A stretch of DNA of 64,000 nucleotides, from NCBI GenBank assembly GCA_964234715.1, contig OZ174279.1; one strand, 5' to 3'. The translations under genes and the position numbers were made by a program. The notes below the pieces were generated by a model. That model was not told the origin of the DNA. It made no database searches and saw only the letters and a program-made list of their open reading frames with translations. Below are positions 56,385 through 64,000 of the stretch, piece by piece. How positions within the stretch are numbered: the stretch's first letter is position 1; every line of letters begins with the position of its first letter. The DNA comes from Podarcis melisellensis. Lineage: Eukaryota.

Positions 56385-56850
56385 CTAACAACCAATACCA
56401 AAATGAAGGTCTTCTAGGCTTGCGTGTTGAGCGTGCTGCTTTGTGGAAGTGAATCATGGGCAGGAGTGACACCCTAATGCCTTCCATATGTGCTGCGTCA
56501 GGAAGATTTTGGGCATCACATGGCAGGACAGAGTCTCGAACAAAGATGTGCTCTCCCAAGCCCACATTCCCAGCCTATTTGCACTTCTGTCTTAGCAACC
56601 TTGGTCATGTACACATGACGAGCCAGGCAGGATCCCCAAGGATCTCTACGCTACACCAACTCTGTGTTACAAAGATGTCTGCTAACACGACATGAAGGTT
56701 GACAACATTAATCTTGCAGTGTGGGAATCCCTTGCAGATGTTCACAGTGCCTGGAGACAGACAAGTTGTGTATCCACAGCATGGATCAGAGGAGGAATGA
56801 CCGCTGGGAGGAGCACAGAGAGAAGCAACATCACAGCGCACCTGTAACAG
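56385..56850 (+). mobile_element. Old RTE-clade LINE fragment
   Basis: Decayed peptides TKMKVF*ACVLSVLLCGSESW, NAFHMCCVRKILGITWQDRVSNKDVL, YKDVC*HDMK, WESLAD. Confidence 0.8.
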
Positions 56851-58009
56851 ATGTCTTCCCCTCATAGGTGCCAACTCCAACATGAGCACCCACAAAATTC
56901 CCCATGAAGGGGCTTGGCACCCACAAATGTTGGTGCCAGGGCCATGCACACTGCATGGCACCATGGCCCCGGGTACCCATGGCCACAGGTCCAAGTTGGC
57001 ACTCCTGCTTCCTTTGCCCCACCTGCAATAAAACATGTATTTCCTGTATTGGTATCTAGAGACACAGCAGGTGCTGTAACTCTCCAATGGTTTGACTTTA
57101 CCTCCAAAGGCACCCTCTTCCATAAATGGCCTCCAAGGCACCTGGTCACAGTGTTGACACTAATCAATGCTGCACTGTGCCTCCAGGTTACCCAATTTTC
57201 ATACAAGACAAACTGGTGTTATATTTTCCACCAGCTTGGCTCTTGAAAACAAAATGTAGCACTTTTGAGTGCTACATCTAGCTTCATTAACCATGAACCC
57301 CAAAACTTGGGATCCCCTCCAAACCGGTTCCTAAGTTATTCAGGCATTTTGCCACATCTCCCAAACTGTGAAACTGATGCATCAAACTATCCATTTGGAG
57401 TAAATTGGACAAGGTGGGATTTTGAGTGCTGATAACTAGAAACCACAGTTTGGTGTATCTCTTACTGTGCTTTTGGGGAAGCGCTGCAAAGCTTGGGGTT
57501 TCTGCTGCAAAACAACTGCAAAACTTTGGCACCGGTTTGGAGAGTATCGGACATCACTGGGTTTTGGGGTGGCACCCATGACCCCTGGTTTGATGTATCA
57601 ATTTCTCAGTTCGGGGGCCACTGCAAAACGTAAGGTTTGGGCTGAAAAACACTGCAAAACGATTGCAAAACGTTGGCACTCGTATGGAGGGGATTCTAAA
57701 TTTGGGGGTATGTAGTCAATACACCAATACGCGGCAGAGATGGAGTTGGAACCCATGCCTTTCTGCGAATAATTGTCAAGAAGGAATGGGATCAACGAGT
57801 ATGGCATGAAACACTAGTTCTTAACTCTTAGTATAATTTAAAAAAACAAACAAATTCGAAATCCACTTTATATCTAATTTTTGCTATCAATCCTCACCAC
57901 GCTCGTGAATAATTTAACCACCTTTTTTTAAAAAAGAAAACACCTTATGCTGCCATAACAGACAAATAGACTCATCTAGTGAATAAAGGACTTGCGGCAG
58001 CATTAAGAT

Positions 58010-58244
58010 TCTACTCCCGGCCTTTTACGCCCACTACCCTTTCGTCGCATACGGAGGGTTATTAACGGGGTCGGAAGTGGATGTTGTATTTTTTCCCCTT
58101 TACCTCTTTGGATAGCGGCGGACAACGTTGAAGGGAAAGCGGAAGTTGATTCTCCGCACGGAGGCAGATAACCGGAAGTACTTGGAAAACAAGGCGGAAC
58201 TGAGGAGCTGCACGTGGGGTTTCTCGTGGCCTGCGCCGTTCAGA
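58010..58244 (+). promoter_or_regulatory. RRP12 promoter with ETS/GABP cluster and E-box
   Basis: Three CGGAAGT motifs (about 58072, 58140, 58173) and CACGTG at 58211-58216, typical of ribosome-biogenesis promoters. Confidence 0.75.
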
Positions 58245-61200
58245 ATGGGGCGTTCGGGCAAGCTGCGCTCTGGCTCTGCCAGTAAACTCAAGCGCTGGCG
58301 CAAGGGGCACAGCAGCGACAGTAACCCGGAGGGGAGACGCTACCGCCTGGCTGCCCGGGGTCGCTTGCTCGCTCCCCGATCCGGTATGTGCGGCCAGGAT
58401 AAGTGGGGGAATAGAATGCCCTTATAGAAGGAGGGGGAATCGGAATAGAAGGGATTCAGAGAGAGAGAAATCTGCTACAAGGGCTTATGGCATCATGGGG
58501 TTGAAGAAAAGCATTCTTCACGCGGAGAAATGTACTTTGTTTAGTTATCCTGCGTTATTGAACGTTAAAACCGTGGAACTGTCCGACATGAATGAGTTCC
58601 TGTACCCACCCTGTGTGATATAGCTAGTGTCAGCATCTTATGTGGCCCATAACACAATACAAAAGACAAGAAGTATATATTTTCTCCTATTAAGTGTGAC
58701 ATTTCATTTTCCACAGCGACCCTTGTTGCTGTGGGTGAAGTACTGCTGCCTGTAGTACTTGTTCATTGATGGTTAAGTTGGAATAAGTAATAGTTGTGGA
58801 AGGATACTTGTGCAAACTTTGATACCAAGCCAATGAGTAGCTATCTAAAGCCATGGCCAGCCTGTTGTGGATTAATCTCCTTTCTGGATTGCCTGGAAAC
58901 AACTTGGCTTGTCATTTGCGACTCTCTTGGTAGGGCTTATATGGACAGAAACCTCATAGCAATCCGTTATGAAGTGTGTTCCCTCCCCAGTGTTGACTGA
59001 AGGTTTGTCTTTCCCTTATAGAAAACAGTAACCTGACTGTGGATGCTCTGAAACTGCACAATGAACTGCAGTCATCAGGACCCCTGCCTGCCTCACGGGA
59101 TGGGGAAGGGAGTCAGCTGCGCATGGAGGAGGATGACAATGCCGAAACTGCTAAGACCCACAAATCTTCAGCCACCTTCCTGAGTGGACTGAGTGACTGC
59201 ACCAGCCTCACCTTCAGTAAAGTGCAGCGTTTCTGGGAGTCCAACTCTGCGGCTCACAAGGAGGTAATTGAATGCCAACTCCTAGGAAGTCACAAGGGCA
59301 GTGAAAGGGGGGGGCATAGAATATTGGGGGGAAGCACGCAGAGGGAAAAGTCAGTTTTTGACTGTAAGAGGAGATGGAGTGGAAGAGAGGCCAGAAGAGA
59401 AGAAAGTGGGTAAACAATACATTAGAAGGAACAGAGAAAAGTGGACACCAAGCAACCAAAGTGATAGACTAAAAGAAGTAATAGCAGTCAACTGACATTG
59501 TGTCACTAAAGCAGCAGTTATGTCGTTAGCTCATTGTTAACTGTCCTAAAGCTACAATATTAATAAGTAATACAGTGGTACCTCGGGTTACAGACGCTTC
59601 AGGTTTCAGACTCCGTTAACCCAGAAATAGTACCTCAGGTTAAGAACTTTGCTTCAGGATGAGAACAGAAATAGTGCGGCGGCGGCGGAGGAAGGCCCAA
59701 TTATCTAAAGTGGTACCTCAGGTTAAGAACAGCCCTCCGGAACGAATTAAGTTCTTAACCTGAGGTACCACTGTGATCATATTCATAAGAGTTGCCAGTC
59801 TGCCTCTCTCCGTTCGTAACTGAGAACTGTGTGCACTATATTTGTTATTCAGGATTGAACAGTTTGTAGTTGATGGCTGTCTAGTAATAATGTAAGAGAT
59901 GGATCCTCAGAGGCACATTATGAATCCACTGGCTTCTTGCTACATATTGGGGGCACTTTGATTCCTTCATTGTTCTGAGGGAAATGGAGAAAGAATTGCT
60001 ATGCCGTTTTGGAGATTTAAAGCAGAACTTGAATTCATACTTAGATTGCAAGAATGAGAAAAGTGGGCATTGTGCCTCTGTCTCCAGATTGAAGGAGCAA
60101 GTGAAATGGATGTCAATCTACCGCTCTTCTCCCTGGATCTCTAGTTCAGACACAACCCTCCTACTCTCATGTCAGCTCAAGAGCCCAGCACAGTGGTTAT
60201 AGACAGCTGGTCTGCTCTTCCAGCTATTTGCTTATCTGTGTTGAAGTCATGCTGACCAGTAATCAGTGGTGGAGTTTTCAGTCTCTCCAGGAAGCATTCA
60301 TAGGGATGGACAACAATACTTACATGTAGGCGTTGGGGTGGCATGTTTTGAGGGAATGTTAAATTAATTAGGTGGGCTTTAATCTGAACTCTCACATTTG
60401 GATTCTTTGTTAGATATGTGCGGTATTGGCTGCTGTCACCGAGGTGATCCGAGCACAGGGTGGCGTGGAGAGTGAGACAGAGTATTTTGGTGCATTGGTA
60501 AGTACCAGTACTGTGAAATGAGGCAGGCAGGAGCTACCTGGAGGTCACTGATATGTACAGTTGAGTGTGGTTACCAGCAACTGCTGTACCCATCAATAAT
60601 CCCAATAAACAAACAGACTTGACCGTCTTAGGGCAAATAGCAGACAGGAAGTAATGGCAAGACCTTGCAAATAATGGCAAGACCTTGTAGCATTTGCATG
60701 AACAATTTATCTTGCTTCCCTTCATGCTTTTTACTTATTTATTTTATTACTACGTTTACATCTTGCCCTTCAAGGAAAATTTCCAGGGAAGCTTACATAA
60801 AATTCAGTAAGCACAACCAACACCAATCCCACTGGATGAAACAATTCCAAACACCAGTCGGAGTGATGGTGGTGAGATAAGGCTCCACTTGATATGCACT
60901 CAGCCTAGGGAACAGGGAAATAAACCACTAAGAAAATTGCAAAATGGTGCATCCATAGCCCACCCATGGTAGCAACCGCAGAGGGAGTCAATGAACTCAT
61001 GATAACAATTGAGCCCCACAACACAGCCCTCGTCTATATTTCTGACACTCATATACTGGTTGTGGCGTGCTATGATTGGGTGCTCCTTGCAGCATATCCT
61101 GCATTTTATCATAACAATATGGGAGGTGGGGGAAGATTGTCACATGAGCCAGCATATGGCCAGGTTGTTGTTGCCATTATTATTATTAAAATTTGGATAC

Positions 61201-64000
61201 TGCCCTTCATCTGAAGATCTCAGGGTGGTTCGTAGCGTAAAAATACAGAATAAAACCACAAAGTACATAATGGAAACATAATGAGAGCAAAAACAAACCA
61301 ATAACGTAAAGGTGCTCCGTTAGACTTCAAGATGCAATCCCAGGGAGTCCAACATCCTTTCTGATTACTTCCTGCACCATACTATGTCTCCTCAGATGAC
61401 TACTCTGGAAGCTGTGGAATCTCCAGAGTCCCTGGCTGCTGTTGCTTACCTGCTGAATTTGGTGTTGAAGAGGTGAGTTCTAAGAACATGAGAAAAGTAC
61501 TTCTGGACCAGACCAGTGGCCCACATCAGGATGCTTTAGAAAATGATTAGAACAATTGAGGATGCAAGCATAACCTTCAATGCTATCTTGACTATTTCCC
61601 GGACAAAGTCTGATCTGGATGTAGCTATTGAATGTGTTGGGCCCTGTTGTGAATCCATTTACACTCTTGACCTCTTTTTATTGTATTTTGGCAATGAGTC
61701 CCAAGATAAATATCCTTCCTCTTTGGGTTGCTGTTTAATTGATTGACACATTCATATGATGTGTTACTGAAATAAAAGTCCCCTAGCAATTTTTGCACCT
61801 GACCTTTTAAACTGTCCTTAATGCTAAAAAATCCTGAATCTATTAGACATTCATTTTCTGGTATCTTTTATGCAGCCCTGATCATGTACTGGGAGATTAG
61901 AAGTATAGGGTGCTACCAAACTAAGCCTAGCTGGAACAGAGTAAAGTTCCTTGGAAGCAAAGGGTAGTGGAATATAGTCATACCTTGGATCTTGAATGCC
62001 TTGGCTCCCGAACAAATTGGCTCCTGGACGATTGAAACCCGGAAGTGAGTGTTCTGGTTTCAAACATTCTGGGATTCCGTGGTTTCCGATTGGCTTCAGG
62101 AGCTTCCTGCAGCCAATCAGAAGCTGCACTTTGGTTTCTGAACATTTTGGAAGTTGAACAGACTTCTGTAATGAATTCCGTTCGACTTCCAAGGTATGAC
62201 GCTATTGTTTTTGCCTAACATTGATGCCTCCTCCTATCTCTTAACTCCCAAATAGGGTGCCAGGTCCTGTGCTGATCAAGAAGTTCTCTGATACATCAAA
62301 GGCCTTTATGGGGATCTTAGGCTCCCAAGCCTGTGGAGACTCCACCTCAGCCCTGCGCTGGGTAAGTGTTTCAGGAGAGGACTAACTGTGGGGCAGGAGG
62401 GACATCTGGATATTGTGTGTGGGCAGCTGTTGTGGTTAATGGAATCCTTTATGTAGTGTGATGTGCCCTTGTGATTGTATTGTGAAATCCCTTTGAGATG
62501 CTTCATGGGAAATAATGCAGAAATGAAATATAAATAAATAAAAAATGCATGTCCCGGTGTCAGGGGCCATTCTGCATAGCTTCTTGGTTTATTGCTTTTC
62601 ACCCCACCACCCCGACAAGCAAGGTGTGTGGAGCAGTGCTGGGTTGAATGAATCCTGTTGATAGGCCCAAAGATAAAGGGCGTAGGTAGTGGTGTCAGAT
62701 GCATCAGAAATTTTAAACTGAACCCCTGGCTTAAGGGCTCACTCGTGTATATGGAAGGATGTTTCTTGGCATAGTGATAGCACTCTATGGCCATTCTTAA
62801 TCTGTCTCCTTTCAGGTGCTCTCCTGCCTAGCTACATTGCTGCGAAGACAGAACCTGGTAGCTTGGAATTACCCTGTGACGATGCAAGTTTTTCATGGCA
62901 TTCTGAGCTTTACTGTCCATGTCAAGCCCAAGGTGAGTTCACATCACCTACCCTGCTCAGCACAAACCAGTCAGTTTCACTGCACTTGGCAGCATGCACC
63001 CCAACGCTGCCACAGTAACGTTCACTTTTGTTTCGTCTGTTAAACGTTTGTCCCACCTTTTCCATGTGGAATGCCCATGGGGGCTAACAATAAAGTGTAA
63101 TAAGAGATGTAGCCCATTTCCAGTATGTAACTGCTTGGAGTTGGGCATGAAGTACAGCCCAGCTCACCACCCTCTCTCCCTCCCCTTTCCTCGGTTGCAG
63201 GTTCGCAAGGCTGCTCAGCATGGCGTTTGCTCCATCCTGAGAGGTAGCGAATTCCTCTTTGGGGATGGGGCTCCCTCGCATCACCCAGCTGCATCTTCTG
63301 CTGCCAAGTTCTGCGTGCAAGAGATTGAGAAAGCTGGAGGTATTGGAGACGGGAGATTCATGAGTTGTGTTTTATTAATATTTGCAAGCTGCTCTGGGAC
63401 AAATCTCCCTGAAGGCTGGGCTGTGAGTTTTCTAATAATAGACTGTGTTGGAGAAGGTAGCAGTGCAAATCTCTTTGGTTTTCCAGGTGCCAAAGAGGCC
63501 ACAACCACTCTTCATGTACTCACTCTGCTCCGTGACTTGCTGCCCTGCCTGCCTGCCCCATCTGTCAAATCTTGCTGCGAGACCCTTCTTCGAGTTATGA
63601 CCCTCAGCCATGTGGTGAGCTTTCTTCTGTTGGTTAACAGTGGCTCTGTGGTGCTGCCTCTGCTCTGGCGATGCCAACACCGCCCAGTGGGGAGAGCCAA
63701 CATGCTTCAGTAAGAATGAAAGCATGAATAGTCTTTGTTTGTTACCAATAGGGGCTTGGTATGAATTACCTATGTACCTAAAGTCCCTCTTGAGGATGGG
63801 AAAAAATTGCCCTGTCACTTTAGGAGGTACACTCCATCACCATATTTGGCACACTGGCTTTTGTGGGGGAGCCAATGTATCTGGTGCTTTTAAAAGAACT
63901 TATTTTACACATCTTCTCTCCACCCCCAGCTAGTGACAGCATGTGCTATGAAAGCTTTCCACAGCCTCTTCGTTGCCCAGCCGCCCCCATCCTGCCTGCC
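58245..64000 (+). CDS. RRP12: RRP12-like ribosome biogenesis HEAT protein; 5' part (exons 1-9), truncated by window end
   Basis: Exons: 58245-58383, 59022-59263, 60414-60497, 61396-61472, 62256-62361, 62816-62932, 63201-63339, 63487-63614, 63930-64000+. Peptides [68 protein letters not shown]. Confidence 0.95.
59573..59773 (-). mobile_element. Tc1/mariner MITE, family A
   Basis: Same TIRs and internal sequence, reverse orientation. Confidence 0.85.
61975..62202. mobile_element. Tc1/mariner MITE
   Basis: TIR GTCATACCTTGGA / TCCAAGGTATGAC. Internal GATTGGCT...AGCCAATC inverted motif. Confidence 0.7.

Noticed and set aside
60651-60687. Short local duplications (also about 26607-26643, 50471-50506, 21285-21330)
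   Set aside because: Ordinary slippage duplications with no functional cue.
62238-62255. TCTTAAC near an RRP12 acceptor, suggesting a U12 intron
   Set aside because: The paired donor is GTGAGT, a standard U2 site.
62994-63713. 239-aa ORF as a separate gene
   Set aside because: It is RRP12 exons 7 and 8 read through a stop-free 147-nt intron.

Overview
This is eukaryotic, intron-rich DNA from a squamate reptile, most likely a lacertid lizard (Sauria-type, POM-like tRNA/CR1 and Squam-like SINEs are present). It holds the conserved housekeeping cluster syntenic with human 10q24, as three head-to-head pairs: UBTD1 exon 1 (-) / MMS19 (+, 31 coding exons, 1020 aa); ZDHHC16 (-, 10 coding exons, 375 aa) / EXOSC1 (+, 8 exons, 194 aa); and PGAM1 (-, 4 exons, 255 aa) / RRP12 (+, first 9 exons, running off the end). 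I assembled the exons by hand from GT-AG boundaries and recalled homology; all four complete genes sum to whole codons. Almost all other ORFs in the track are GC-island, repeat or intron shadows. Introns carry MITEs, SINEs and 5'-truncated LINEs. I found no new gene family or prokaryote-style system. The most interesting signals concern RNA processing and transposon mechanics: (1) two U12 minor-intron genes on one bidirectional promoter, with a U2 decoy acceptor next to the DHHC-splitting U12 intron; (2) a possible splicing-switched uORF in the ZDHHC16 leader; (3) an array of ten 5'-splice-site-like repeats directly behind MMS19 exon 2; (4) a LINE insertion flanked by a 79-bp duplication; and (5) a MITE sitting in the branch-point zone of PGAM1 intron 1. 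Repeat family names come from memory and need RepeatMasker/Dfam confirmation.
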